Below, piece after piece: positions 24,410-38,222 of a DNA stretch of 64,000 nt (positions are counted from its first letter, which is position 1; the number at the start of each line of letters is the position of its first letter). The notes beneath the pieces were generated by a model. The model saw only the letters and a program-made list of their open reading frames with translations, did not search any database and was not told where the DNA came from. The translations under genes and the position numbers were made by a program. The stretch is from Paraspadella gotoi (Eukaryota; Animalia; Chaetognatha): positions 12,192,896 through 12,256,895 of the forward strand of contig CM119269.1 of NCBI GenBank assembly GCA_051294375.1, given 5' to 3'.

Positions 24410-24472
24410 AACGACGGACCGACAAAGTGAATTATAGAGTCGGGATCTGCTGAAAGCAGAACCGACTAAAAA
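24410..24472 (-). mobile_element. Family-A head fragment
   Basis: gacggaccgacaaagtgaattatagagtcgg..gcagaaccgactaaaaa matches 3048-3108. Confidence 0.75.
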
Positions 24473-24823
24473 CCCCGACACTGGCTATTATAGTAATATC
24501 ACGTGATCAGTATAAAAGGAAAGTGGTTAATATAAATTAATTAAAATTAATTAATCAATTAAAATTAATTAGAGTATAAACCAATGTTTTATTAAACAAG
24601 TTAGAAATAGGAGACGACAGTTTAAGTGATTCTTCAAGAATTTGGGTCCAACACTTGCTTTCTTATTTACTATTTTCAGCTGCTGTTTTCACTGTCTGCA
24701 GCTGCTGCTTTACGGTTCTGCAACTGATGGTGCCGGTTCATGCCGCCTTTTCTGTAACTGAATCCCAACTTTCTTTTGAACAAGTTCCAAAACCCGGCGC
24801 TCTTTTTTCTCCCTCACTTTCAG

Positions 24824-25436
24824 GGCGTCGCCGGCGTTCCTTCCTCTTCCAGCCGAAGCGGCGCCATTTCTTCCAGAGTCGACAGGCGCCTTTTCGACGC
24901 CGCGACCGGCCAACTCTTGGATTCCTCGTCCCAACTTCTCGCCAACGTCGCCGAAAAAGACTGTCTTCTTTACGACAGCGTTCACCGCGACGCCGGCCGT
25001 GACGCAGGCGCCTCCGTCAACGGCGCCGGCTGGTGGCGTCGGGAGATGGCGCGGAACGAGGGCGCCGATGACGAGTCGAAGGGAGACGCCGCAGCAAACG
25101 CCGCTGCACACGCCGCACGAGACGCCGCATCAGCAGAAGTCGCGGCAGCAGACGTCGCAGCAGCAAACGCCGCAGCAGCAGACGCCACAGCCGCAGCAAA
25201 CGCCGCAGCAGCAGACGCCACAGCCGCAGCAGGTGCCGCCGCAGCAGGAGGCGCCTCAGCAGACTCCGCAGCAGCAGACGCCGCCGGAGCAGATACCAGA
25301 AAACGACGCGTCCAAAGAAACAGATGAACAAAATTCGACGTCGAATTTTAAAAAAAAAGAAAAACAAAAAATAAGAAAAAATCGAAAAATCGTCGCTGGA
25401 GAGAAAAAGGAAAATCAGGCAGACGAAAATGGATGA
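24824..25436 (+). CDS. Putative low-complexity Pro/Thr/Gln-rich exon (QQTP repeats)
   Basis: GC-rich island like the real exons; ccctcactttcag acceptor; one frame open from 24762 to the stop at 25436 (..PNFSPTSPKK..TPQQQTPQPQQTPQQQ..). No recognisable domain, and other frames are also open. Confidence 0.35.
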
Positions 25437-25891
25437 AAAATGGATTAAAAATGGATGAACATGGATAATTAATATTGCATTAAATTAATCTTAGTTACAC
25501 TGTATTTTTGATCCGTATATATGTGCCTTTGTTTCTTTACAACATTAATAATAGATACGAGATGCCCTTTTATCTCAAACCATACGTATCTAATTAAAAA
25601 AAAAGTTTTTTTAAAGCAGCTCGAAGTTGTTATCTTATCTTTTATTATAAAAACTCTTGATCTGGAAATTTTTCAACTCGAACGATTTATTGATCTTAAA
25701 GATTTTTAAAAAATGAAAAATAAAAAATCGAATCTGTCCGAAATAAAAAAACGAAAGAATTACAAAAAAGGCTTGAAGCCTAATTTTTTCAACATTTAAG
25801 TCTATTGAATAAAAAAGGTTATTTTTTAGTTTTTTATTTTCTATTTAAAAAAAAAATGACCCGATAACTATTTCCGATTTTGTTTCATCAG

Positions 25892-25955
25892 CCGAAAAGG
25901 AATCTTACTTTCGACGATGCACGACTCCGCCGTTCAGCTCCTTCCTCTTTATTCA
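25892..25955 (+). CDS. Tentative upstream exon of the Kir gene (PKRNLTFDDARLRRSAPSSLF)
   Basis: catcag acceptor and a|gtaa donor; 64 nt ending in phase 1, which fits the exon at 26487. No recognisable homology. Confidence 0.35.
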
Positions 25956-26486
25956 GTAAAAAGTCAGATTTTATTTCATCAATGGATCAAACAATCAAAC
26001 TAATCACTCAATCAGTCAGTTGATAGAGAACATAATCACCATTTCAATCATAGAATCAATCAATTCATCGGTCAATCAATAGATCTATACATGAATATAT
26101 ACAGTCAAGTCCTTGTACTTTGATGCTAGCACGGAGTATAATATAGTACTAATACTTATTACAATTGAAACATTATTTAAAATATTGTACTACTTCACTT
26201 AAAGGGAAATGAAAAAACGAGACTGTGACAGTCTTGATTGAAAGCTTACATGGTGCTGCTATGTTATTATCTTGTAAAAGTAAAAGTAAAGCTATGTTAT
26301 TATCTTGTAAAAGTAAAAGTAAAGCCTGTCCAAAGTCAAGGGCAAGATAACTTAATTATTAAATGGATAGATAATTTTAAAATTGGTAGTGCCAATTTCA
26401 TACAGTCAATTAATTTAAATATCAAATCAAAATTCATTTACATAAACAAATTTCAAATCCGAACAAAATTCTAACCGAATCATCAG

Positions 26487-27614
26487 ACGAGGATGACTAC
26501 GGACGCCGACGCCGCCTGGTGGCCAAAAACGGCGACTGTCGAATATCTCACGTTAACGTGAATCGACTCACCCGACGCCTCATCGCCGACGGATTTACCA
26601 CCATGATGGACGTGAGATGGAGATTCGTTCTCGCCACTTTCTTTCTAGTTTTCACCGGTAGAGGGGGTGACTGGAGTTGATGTCGTCGTCCTCGTCGTCG
26701 TCGCCATCGTCAACGCTGTTGTCATCGTCATCGTCGTCATCATTGTCGTCTTCGTTGTCGACGTCATTTTGTGATGACCCAATTAAAATCGATATCAATT
26801 TATCGCATTCACAAACACACAAACTCACAATTCCTTTACGTCACAATGATATTTCTATTCTTATTACGAGATTTGTTTCCCTTCCAACCTCTCCCCCCTC
26901 CCTTCATCTTCCCGCTCTCCCCTCCCATCTCCCCCTTTCCCCTCATCTTTCCCCTCTCCCATCTCCTCCCCCCTCCCCTCATCTTTCCCCTCTCCCCTCT
27001 CTTCCCTCTCCCCCCTTTACCCTTCTCCCCAACAACACCTTCGTCAACGACGCGACGGTGAGGATCTTGGACGGCCTTCGCCGGGATCTGGTGGACGATC
27101 TGCTTCGTCCACGGAGACTTCGAGACGTCTCGTCCGGAGACTCAGAGACCCTGCGTGGAGAACGTGGAGACGTTCCAAGCTTGTCTCCTTTTTTCGATCG
27201 AGACTCAGCACACGATCGGTGAGGGAAAAGAGAGAACGGGAGGTTCATGAAAGATAGGATTTTGACATTATTTTCCAAGAACGACCCATTTCGTCCTAAA
27301 TTCGGAAATAAGCTAATTTGTTTCAGTTAAAAAATTAAGCAAGTAAGAAGTTAGGGTTTTGGATTAGGTGAATGAATATATTTAGGGATTAGATTAGTGA
27401 TTATAGTTAAGGATTAAGGTTTAGGAATTAGGGATAAAAGTTAAGGGTTAAGGTTAAAAATTAAGAATATAAAGGTTTAGGGTTAGGGTTAAGGATTAGT
27501 TAATTAATTGACCAAATAGTCAGTCTCTTCATCTGTTTTATCCTTTTCCGTAAATTAGCGCGAAAAATAATTATTCAAAATTTTTATCCTGAAGAGAAAA
27601 AAAAGGTTTTTTTT

Positions 27615-27685
<71 letters not shown>

Positions 27686-27909
27686 CTCTCTATCCTGTTT
27701 ATTTCGAGAGACCCACAGCAAGAAGGAATCAATCATTCGGGAAAGCTTTCCTTTCAAGCTCGAATATCACTAATCTCGAAATTCGAACGAAGCGTCGTTG
27801 ATAGTGATTGCTTGAAACTGCTTGGTCGAATTCCATGGAGAGCAAGCATCGTCCTTCCGTTTCTCTAATCATCGTTAACTGGAAATTCCTGTATTCGTTG
27901 GCACCAGCT

Positions 27910-27988
<79 letters not shown>

Positions 27989-28139
27989 GTCCACGTGACA
28001 TTCAAAAATAACAAGCATAAAATAAAATAGAGCCGTGTCAAAATTGAGAGCCAAGCAGAATGCAGCCCTTTTCTGCTTTATGTATTAATACTCTCTCTCT
28101 CTCTCTCTTCTCCCTCTCTCTCTCTCTCTCATCTCTCCT

Positions 28140-28182
<43 letters not shown>

Positions 28183-28348
28183 GCTCTCTCTTTCTCTCTT
28201 TTTCTCTCTTCTTTTCCCCCTCAAAATTTTTTTCGAGTATTAATAAATTATTATTCTTTACTTTCATAAGAGGCCCTTGCATAATTCAGAGCGCAAAACC
28301 TATTCTTTAATGGAGAATTTTCTTCGGACAATTTTGGTGATGACGCCT

Positions 28349-28387
<39 letters not shown>

Positions 28388-30289
28388 CTCTCCCTCCCTC
28401 TCTCTCAGGATACGGCACTCGCTCTCTTACAGAGGAATGCCCTGAAGCTGTCGTGCTCATGATGCTGCAATCCATCCTGGGAGTGATGCTGCAATGCGTC
28501 CTCTTAGGCCTTGTTTTGGCCAAGATTGCCAAATCGAAAAAAAGGCAAAAGACACTCATCTTTTCGAGTAAAGCGGTCATCACAGTGAGAGATAATTGGT
28601 AAAGAAAACACGAAAGATAATCGGGCTCAAATTAAGCAGACGAATTTTGTGAATCTAAATTTGAATAAATAAAATTGGTACAACCAATATAGAATTATTC
28701 ATTCGTTTAATAAAGCAAGCTATCTTGCCCCGACGTTGAACAGGCAATGCTGGGTTTAGACTTTAATAACAAGACGCTGCCAGCTTTCATTCAAGACCAT
28801 CACACAGTTTAACTCACAGAAGCGATATGTATGAAATTGGTACAACCAATATAAAAATTATACATTCATTTAATAACTAAGCTATCTTGACCCTGACTTT
28901 GGACAGGCTTTGGTGGTTTAAGGCCTCCATCACTTTTACAAGATAATGACAGAGCAGGTCCTTGCAAGCTTTTAATCAAGACTCTCTCACAGCCTCGTTT
29001 ATTCACTTACTCTCAGAGTACCTTGCTTCCCTATCAATGAAGTGGTATATTATTTCAAAGAATGTTTCAATTTTATGAAAATACCACTCCCTATAATGTA
29101 CTCCGCCCAGCAACAATTTTATGAAATTGGTACTAACAATATAAAAATTATCCATTCATTTATTAACTAAGCTAACTATCTTGCCCCTGACTTTGGACAG
29201 GCTTTGGACAGGCTGTTTTTTACTGTTTCAATTGGATAAGATACAATTCCTACTCTATTTATTATTAAAATGATTAAAAGAAGTAAAAAACGTCAACGTA
29301 TTATCGCAAATAGAAATCAATAGAAAGGTTTTCACGCCACGATTGCATTTTCTAAATTTAGGTATTGTCTTTTGTTTCGAGTTGGCGACATCAGATCCTC
29401 TCATATCATTCAAGCTCACGTGAGAGCGCTATGCATCAAGAAAAGAATCTTTCGCGAAGGAGAGGTAATTTAAACAAAAGACATAAAGCTCCTGAAAATA
29501 AAAAAAATTTACTTTAGTATAAATTCGAACCCAGGTGATGCTATTTCATCACTACGATGTGAATGTTGGTTTCGACACTGGAATGGATCGTCTCTTTCTC
29601 ACTTACCCTCACACTATATGTCATGTCATCAACGAACTCTCACCTTTTTATGACATCAGCATCGACGATCTGAAAGTAATTCAATGAAACTCAAACTTTA
29701 TCCATGACCTAATCTATAATCCTGATCCCTATCCTAATCCTTAATCCTTAGAATTTACCTTTAACTTTTATTTGATTCCGGATTTAGGATGAAAATTTGG
29801 GAAAATAAGGCCAAAAGTAAATTATTGTTTTTTGATGTTGTTGTTAAAAGCGTCATTTTTTACTTTCGACACCGAGACAATTTAGCTTTAACAGTCGTTT
29901 GGTTCTATAAAAAAAAACCCCATAATTTAAGCGTTCTGTTTGTCAATTATTTTTAATTTCTTAATCTTTCCTCTCTTAACAAATTCATTTAGAAAAAAAT
30001 TTTATCTCGAAACAACCGTCAGTTTTATCTATAATTTGATTTGATTTAATTTAATTTTAGAAAAGTAAATACTCTGACCTCGCTCAAACTTAGCAATGGG
30101 CCTCTCCCTCCCATTTCTAGCGCGAGCATTTCGAAGTGGTGGTCATCCTTGAAGGGGGCGTGGAGCACACGGGCGTCAGCGTCCAGGCGCGGACGTCATA
30201 CGTGGCGTCGGAGATCGCTTGGGGATTCACCTTTCTAGACATCGCCAGGCGAGTTATTTATTTATTTATTCATTTATTTATCTAATTGT

Positions 30290-30380
<91 letters not shown>

Positions 30381-30740
30381 TTAAATTTTGACTATTTGCT
30401 TACTTGATCATATATTTATTTCCTTTTTGAAGTATTTACTCATTTCACTATTTAAACATTTAGCTTTTTTAATGTTTATAATTAATAACTGTTCTTCCCA
30501 ATCAAGCAAGTTTTCGATAAAAATAAATACTATTTAAAAGAATTAAATTTATTTTCAATATTTATATCATGTCATCTTCTTAACATCAGAGAGGAGGCCA
30601 CGCCCTCTTACCCCAACGACGCGTTGCACGTCGATTACTCTCGATTTCACGCCATACGTCACGTGACCGACATGCCTCGTTGCAGCGCCAAGGAGTACTA
30701 TGCCAGGCTGAGGATGGCAGCGAATCAAAATGGGCGATGA
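26487..30740 (+). CDS. Inward-rectifier potassium channel (Kir/KCNJ family), 7 phase-compatible exons; N-terminus not resolved
   Basis: Manual translation of exons: 26487-26657 ([33 protein letters not shown]), 27063-27218 ([36 protein letters not shown]), 28409-28598 ([49 protein letters not shown]), 29362-29464 ([24 protein letters not shown]), 29535-29675 ([22 protein letters not shown]), 30121-30248 ([26 protein letters not shown]), 30590-30740 (VDYSRFH..CSAKE..NGR*). TIGYG selectivity filter and both extracellular Cys are present. AATAAA near 30802. Subfamily cannot be assigned by eye. Confidence 0.97.
27350..27500 (+). repeat. Degenerate TTAGGG-like interstitial tract
   Basis: gttagggtt, gtttagggttagggttaagg; similar complementary tracts at 16060-16190 and 29705-29765. 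Confidence 0.55.
28670..29215. mobile_element. Three stacked family-B copies in a Kir intron
   Basis: aaattggtacaaccaatat-like start occurs three times; reverse complement of 8876-9143. Confidence 0.8.
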
Positions 30741-31316
30741 GCGGCACCGAGGAGATTTTAATGCCAGGCTGAGGTTGAGACGCCAGCAATTATGAAGCCC
30801 AAATAAAAAAAATTATATTCCGTGCAACATCTAGGAAATAATAATAATAATAATTTTGCTTAGCCAAAATGATATTATATCGCTGTATTCTAAAGATGTA
30901 AAGTGTAATGTAATATGTATTCCATGCGTTTTTCATGTTGTGTAGTCGTTTTTTTTCTCAGATATTTTTAGTTTTAGTAAAAGATGATCATTACGATCAT
31001 TAGTTATCATTTTCAGAAAAGTGAAAATATATTTCTAAGAATTTCTTAAATTTTATTTCGGTTTTCCAAAACCACGCGTAGTTTACAAATCTGAGAGTCC
31101 CGCAACTTTTACCCACAAAGTCACAAGTTATTCTACTTTTCCACAACATTTTCCGCCTTCCTCTATAATTTTTTCCCCTTCTATTTTGAGATGTCTCAAA
31201 ATTTTCGCCTTTTTTGAAGTTAAATTCCGGGGAACGACCGCCAAAGGAGAAAAATGTTCGGGAAAGCCAATAACTTAAATCCTTGTGAGACAGAAGAAAA
31301 AAACGATAGAGGAGAT

Positions 31317-31392
<76 letters not shown>

Positions 31393-31758
31393 GGGAAATC
31401 TCTGAAAAAGGCTGGGAATTCTTAGGATGCCTAATGCAAACGACAACACAGCTGGAAAAATGAAAAAAAAATGACAATGTTAAGTTTTCACGGGAGAATT
31501 TTTGTATCATACTAGAAATTTTAAAATGTGCCCGCCTCATTTTTTTTGGAGCTTATTCGTTTTTTTTCTTTTTATCTAAATGTCTAAATTGTCTATCTTT
31601 TACATTTTAACATTTTTTTTATTTTTTTCCCGTATTTTTTGGAATTATTTGTTATCATATTTTTTCCTTATCGTTCTCTCTTTCTTATGAAATTGGTACA
31701 ACCAATTTAATATTTTCTTATTCTCTCTTTTTCTCTTATTCTCTCTTTCTCTCCTACT

Positions 31759-31850
<92 letters not shown>

Positions 31851-31962
31851 TATCTTTTTCTCCGTCCGTCTTTTTTCTCTTTTCCTCCTTTTTCTTTTCT
31901 TTCTTCTCCGCCTCTGTCTCCGTCTGCGTCCTTACTGTCGGCACCTGCCTTTTGAAATAGAG

Positions 31963-32007
<45 letters not shown>

Positions 32008-32280
32008 AGAGAGAAGAGAGAGAGAGATAGAGAGACAAATCTATAACACAACCATCTCAATAAATCGGCACAATTTTTTCTTTTTTTTTCTTTTTTTCGT
32101 CCGATCGTTGATTGTCTTTTGTTTGATTTTCTTTTTTTCTCTTTGGAAAAAAAGAACCTGGAGGAGGAGGAGGAGGAAGAGGAGGAAGAAAAGGAGGAGG
32201 AGGAGGAGGATGAAAAGTGAAATCGATCCTCGACAAACACAATCGCTTCGCGGAAGGAACGATTTTGTTCATCTTTTGAC

Positions 32281-32312
<32 letters not shown>

Positions 32313-32819
32313 CGATGACAACGATAAAAATGACGATGACGATGACAAGGAGGAAGACGAAGATGACGACGATGAGGACGATGACAATGACGACGTCAGT
32401 GAAAAAGAAAACGACAATGACAATAATGAAGACGCTGATGACAATTACAACTATGATGACGAGGATGACAACGACAACGTTGTAGTCAATGAAGAAAATG
32501 AAGATGAAGATGAAGACAATGACAATGATGGTGAAATTAAGGATGATGTTAAATTAAACTATCATGAAGACTAACTATCAATGAAATTGACAATGACAAC
32601 AAAAGTGATGAGAATGATCTGCTATGTCATTATCTTGTAAGAGTGATGGAGGCCTTAAACCACCAAGGCCTGTCCAAAGTCAGGGCTAAGATAGCTTATT
32701 TATTAAATGAATGGATAATTTTTACATTGGGTGTACCTATTTCAGTCATTGCTAAGACAGCAAAGACGACTAAAAAAAGAAAAAAAAGAGAAAAAAGAGG
32801 AAAAGATAGAAAGAAGTGA

Positions 32820-32850
<31 letters not shown>

Positions 32851-33092
32851 GCCTCGACTAGTAGGTGGCCTCGTTTTTTTTGCAGGTGGTGCTTCACCAA
32901 AGACTCCGACCTCTCAGCACCAAAGAGAGATTCCATCCTAAGAACGACCGCGGGGGGTGCGGCTCTGCTGCAGCTGCGGCGGGCGGGCGCTGCGGTGGGC
33001 GGAGTAGCGGTGGTGGTGGCGGGTGGAAGGGGGTGGTAGAAAGAAAGGGGGAGAAGGGGGACGGGAGTAAATATATCTCGCCTATCGGGTCG

Positions 33093-33189
<97 letters not shown>

Positions 33190-34361
33190 TCCATCGTTGG
33201 TAGATACAAAAAAAAAGAGAATTAAAAGAGACACTAAGAAATATTGTTATTATTGTTTATCTAGTATAATCTAAGTATTCATTTATTTATTTTGTTTACT
33301 TTAAATGATTTTATATTTATTCGATAATTTTTATAAGTAAAATTTATCAAAATAAATTATCCAATCAAATTTAGTCTAATTTAATAATTGAGAATTTTTT
33401 AAAAAAATTCTGACTGGAAAAAGAGTTTCTTAATTATTATTTTTGAGGCTTGATAGCTTATCTTTAGAATTAATGAATATATATTTATTATTGGTTGTAT
33501 CAATTTTACATTAAGAGAATATTTATATCAACTTTTCAATTTTAACTCAGTCTGACAGACCGACTGAATGAAAAAAGAACCATCGTAATTGAGTCGCTTC
33601 CCGCAACCGACCCAAAAAAAGGGAAATAGTTGTACAAACAATCTTATCCTTATTTTCATCGCCGGCCACTCCTGAAAAGAAAGATCCTCTTATTCCGCAA
33701 ATATTACAAGCTGATATTACGGGGAACCAAAAAAATATAGCTTGGAATCTGTCAAAATCTGCTAGTATGAAGAAAGCTTAGTAAATAATCAAGCAGACGA
33801 ATCGGAAGCACCGTTAATTTGTTTATTGACGGATTTGTACGAATAACGTTATTTTAGATGGGGGGGCAAAGAGGAGAAGACTAATTTATACATTTTGTTT
33901 GTTTGTTTTGATGCGGAGCCAAATTCAATAAATAATACAAGCAGCGAATAGAATAATTAAAAAAAACAATGAACTTCAGTGGAAAAAGACAATCGGTATT
34001 GTTTGAAATACATGGAGGTTGTGGTTTAAAAACAAAATAAACTAATATTGATATTATAATAGTAATTATGAAAAAAATTTTCGTTGAGAGAAAAGATGTT
34101 TGAAAGAAATGTTCATATGAAGATTGTCTTTAAAACTTGTTTTTAAATTGTCATGTTTTTTAATAACTTGTTATCAATTTTCCCATTATAATTACTTAAT
34201 TATTTCTATTTTATAATTTCGAAATATGTTGTCATTAAAAATTAACAAAAAATTATGTAAATAAAATTGCATTGTTATTTCTAAAATATTTAGTGGGAGA
34301 CAAATAGTTTCTCATGTATTTCAAAGGAAGATTGGGTGTATAAGAGAGAGAGAGAGAGAGC

Positions 34362-36842
34362 TATTCTACACAAACGGCAGAAATTCATGATGCGGCCATC
34401 TACAGAATTATCCCAAATAAGTTCGCGTTTATTCACAGATAAACAGCTCCCATGAGCGCATAAAATAAAAATAAGGAGTCAATTTTTTTTCAATTTTTTG
34501 AAACGACCCTATTCGACTTTTTTAAACTGCTTGTAGCGGTTATTTTTTTAGTTAATAGAACGCGTGATACATACTTTTTAAGTCATGTTATACACGCAAG
34601 TTATTGGTAATGCGACAAAAGGCAATAATAAAGAACTATTCTTTTTCTTTTAGATTAAATCTTTCGTCGAGAAAGTCTCCCTAGTTCGACGCGCCCGTCG
34701 GCCAGTGGCGTTGCCGGCCGCCGAGGAAGCGACTTTGGCGACGGCCGACTCTTATCCATCGCCCGACTGGACGGCCGGCCACGACACCGCCCGTGATCGG
34801 CGACGGAAGCGCCTCACCATTCTCCCGCCGGCTCTGACGGCGGGCGGCGGCTCGCGGCGCTGCTTATCCGTCCAACGCGCGCTATCTTATCAGGTAAGGA
34901 AAAACAAGTATGGAGAGTCGTCACTGCTGATCCTTTTCAAAGCTTACCTATTGTCACCTTTTTTCTCGACCTTAATTCTTCACGGATCCGATGGAAGATA
35001 CGGTGGCGGCTCTTTACACCAGCTCTGCGGCGTCATACGCGGCGGCGGCGGCGGCGCAGGTCACGCTCACACCGGGCATTCGGCCGTCGGCGCTAGTACG
35101 CTTAACCTAGAGTACCAAAGGTTATAATGTTTCTTCTAAATATTCTAACTTACTTTATTAGAATGTTAATAATTAATATCCTTTACCAGATTCGTGGAGG
35201 AGAGAAGTCCCCTTACGCTTACGAGCTCCGAAGAACGATACTTTCCTTCCGATACTCGCGCTTACCCATAGCGCCAGCGTCCGTGCAGCCGCTGCTCCCG
35301 TATACGGACCGTCAGCGGAGAGCCGGCGGCGGCACGCGGTGAGGCTTGAGAAAAGGCTGCTGCGGCGAAAGAAAGGCGCCGACGCCCTGCCTGCCGCTGA
35401 ACCGGATGAGAGGAAAAGGGAGAATCGGCGATCGAGTTAGGCGTATTGAAGAAAGGTATAGGAAAATGTGAAAGAATAATGAGGGATGGTAGGGAAGTTG
35501 AGAATGATCAAGTAATAAGGCAGGGTTGGGCATTAAAAAAACCCACCCAAAAAAAAACAGCTAAAAGACACCAAAAAGATAATTAATTAACTAATTAAAC
35601 AATAAAAGGATTAGAGAAAAAGGGCGAGCAAACTGAGGTTGAACTGACGTCTAAGAAAACTGCCTCGTCCAACTCAGTTCTTCCACATAGCTTAGAAGTT
35701 GGTATAGCTAACTACTCGGGTTATCAACTTTCCTTTCCCTTTCCATCTCCTCCTTTCTCTTTTCTCATCCCTCCCTTTCTGCTTTTTCCTCCTTTTCCTT
35801 TCTTTCCTCGCCTTTCTTTTCTTTCACCCTTTCCCTTTCTCCTGCCTCCTTTCTTTCTCTTTCTCTTTCCTTCCTCGCCTTTCTGCTTCTTTCTCCTCCT
35901 TTCTCTTTTCTTTCTGCCTTTCTCTTTCCTCCTTTTTCTTTCCTCCTTTTCCTGCTTTTCTTTCCTCCCTTTCTCTTTTTTTCCTCCCTTTTCTCTTTCT
36001 CCCTTTCTGCTTCTCCTCTTTTCTTTCTTTCCTCCCTTTCTTTCTTTCCTTCTTTCCTTTTCTTTTCTCCCTTTCTCTTTTCTTTCCTTCGCTTCCTCTT
36101 TCTTTTCCTCCTTCTCGTTATCTTTCCTCCCTCTCTCTACAGACACTCGCGTCCGCTTACCTCAAAGGCTTCTCTAATCCTCCGCCCGCTTTTCTCCTCC
36201 TCTTCTCCTCCTCCTCCTCTTCATCGCGACGCTAAGCTCCTCGTCCATCGTCGTCTTTTCAGTCTCCCTGGCTAGCGTCGGCGTCTGCTGCGCTGTCGTG
36301 TCGGCGTCTGCTGCGGCTGCGTCCAATCCTCTCATCGCGGGCTCGTCAAAACTGGAATCAAATCGATCACGAGGAGACAGAAATTCGGCGCAGGGCAAAA
36401 TCGCGTCGCGGCGTCGGGACTGAAAAGAGGCGTTCGCCGGACGTCTCCCTTCAAAAACCGCCGTCGTCTTCGTCGTCTGTGATTCATCTCGGCGCTCAAA
36501 ATTCTTCACCTCGATGGCGTCAACGCCTCGAGTGGCCGTCAGGACGGCGCATTTCCGCCGCCGACGGCATCGGCGTGTATCTCGCAACAGTTCGGCGAGT
36601 CCATAGAGTGAAGAGAACGGCGCCGAGAAAGAGCTGCGGCTCGAACGATATGCGGCGTCGAAGGAGATTGTCGGCCAATATGGCGTCGCCGCCCGTCACT
36701 TTGAATGTCACAGGTGAGATTTTTGTTACTTCTTATTTATCTTTTTATTTTGTTTATTTTGAGTTTTTTATTTGATTTGTTAATTTTTTTATTTTCTATA
36801 ATTGTTTATAGTTATTATTATTATTAATTATTATTATTATTA

Positions 36843-36889
<47 letters not shown>

Positions 36890-38176
36890 TTATTATTATT
36901 ATTATTATTCGTTTATTATTGTTTATTGGTTTATTTTGCTTTTTATTTTGCTTGCTTTTATTTTCCTTGATCGCTTTGGCTTTGCTTGGTAGCTTAGAAG
37001 CAAATCGCTATCTTGGTTGTTTTAAACTCAGCTTTTTAATCCTCCATCCACGCTCCTATCCTCCCACTCTTTCTTTTCCACCCCGCTATCCGACCTCCCA
37101 CCCCCTCAACGCACTTCAACGCCCTCTCCACCCTTTCGCCTCAAACAGACTAATACCCCTCACTGTGGGTCCAACGGCCTCCATAAATCCTCCGACCGCG
37201 CCCTCAAACCACGCTTTGACGAGCCTCTCCCCTTCCACTTGATTATCCTCCACGAGGCGGGGGCATCCCTGCCCGGCGTCATCCAACCTTTGCCCCCGAA
37301 ATCCTCGCGCCCCATCCCCTCAACGGCCACTCACCGCTGGGCGGCACGCTGCCCCACGAACCCTCGCCCTGGTCACGCCGCCTACTCGCTAGTAACTCCA
37401 TCCCTTCGAATCCCCTCCACATCCCCGCGCGGTCACTCTCTTCAACACCCCCTCATCGTATCCATGCAGCCGGAGAGGACGGATCGATTTCCACTAGCGC
37501 AACCACATCGACCATCATACCAGACGGCGAATCTCCATATCCACGCTACCGATCAATCCTTCGACACATTTTTCAATTCACTTTTTTCGATTCATATCTT
37601 ACAACTAACGAGGGACTTCGTCGTCGCTAGTCGTCGTCGTCGACGTATTGGATTATTCGTCGGATCGTCCGTCGTCGTCATTCATTCGGATATCCTCTTC
37701 TAATTACTCTTCTCTTTAAAGGCGGCGGCGGCGGGCGTACGACGCCAAAAGGGAACGTGCGTGGTGCAGTCGGCCGGTGAAGCGGCGCCTCTCCTTACGA
37801 AGTCTGCGATGGGCTGGCGGCGTCGAATTCTCTGCAGGATGTCGATGTGGGCGTTGGGCGGCGTCGGAAATCACACGCCGGCGTCGCGTTCGCCTCGACG
37901 GACAACGTCATGGATTATTACGGCCACGTTGATCATCATCATCACTCATCCCCATCACAGCAACCAAGCCCTTACACTCCAGTCCATCGTGGACGCGAAA
38001 CAGTATTCACTTGTGCCAACGGGTTTGTGCACTGAAGAATCCATTGGAATCAAAGAAACAAAAGATCAATCCATCTGTAAGTCAGAGTCTGTATGAACAA
38101 CTTGGATCATTTTTTGACACGCAATGAAAAATCATCCTGCAATCGTTTTTAACAGTTCTCTCTCTCTCTCTCTCTC

Positions 38177-38222
<46 letters not shown>
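34362..38222 (+). other. Error-rich inverted duplicate of the sim 3' region (mirror of about 38248-41862)
   Basis: Reverse complement of the sequence beyond the N gap at 38223-38247, with dense single-base indels spread evenly over exons and introns. Confidence 0.9.

Noticed and set aside
27350-27500. Telomere or chromosome-fusion relic
   Set aside because: Short, highly degenerate and intronic; similar tracts occur elsewhere in the window.
32278-33070. Asp-rich or Gly-rich coding exons between Kir and sim
   Set aside because: (GAC/GAT)n degenerate microsatellite and a GC patch; no consistent splice chain or homology found.
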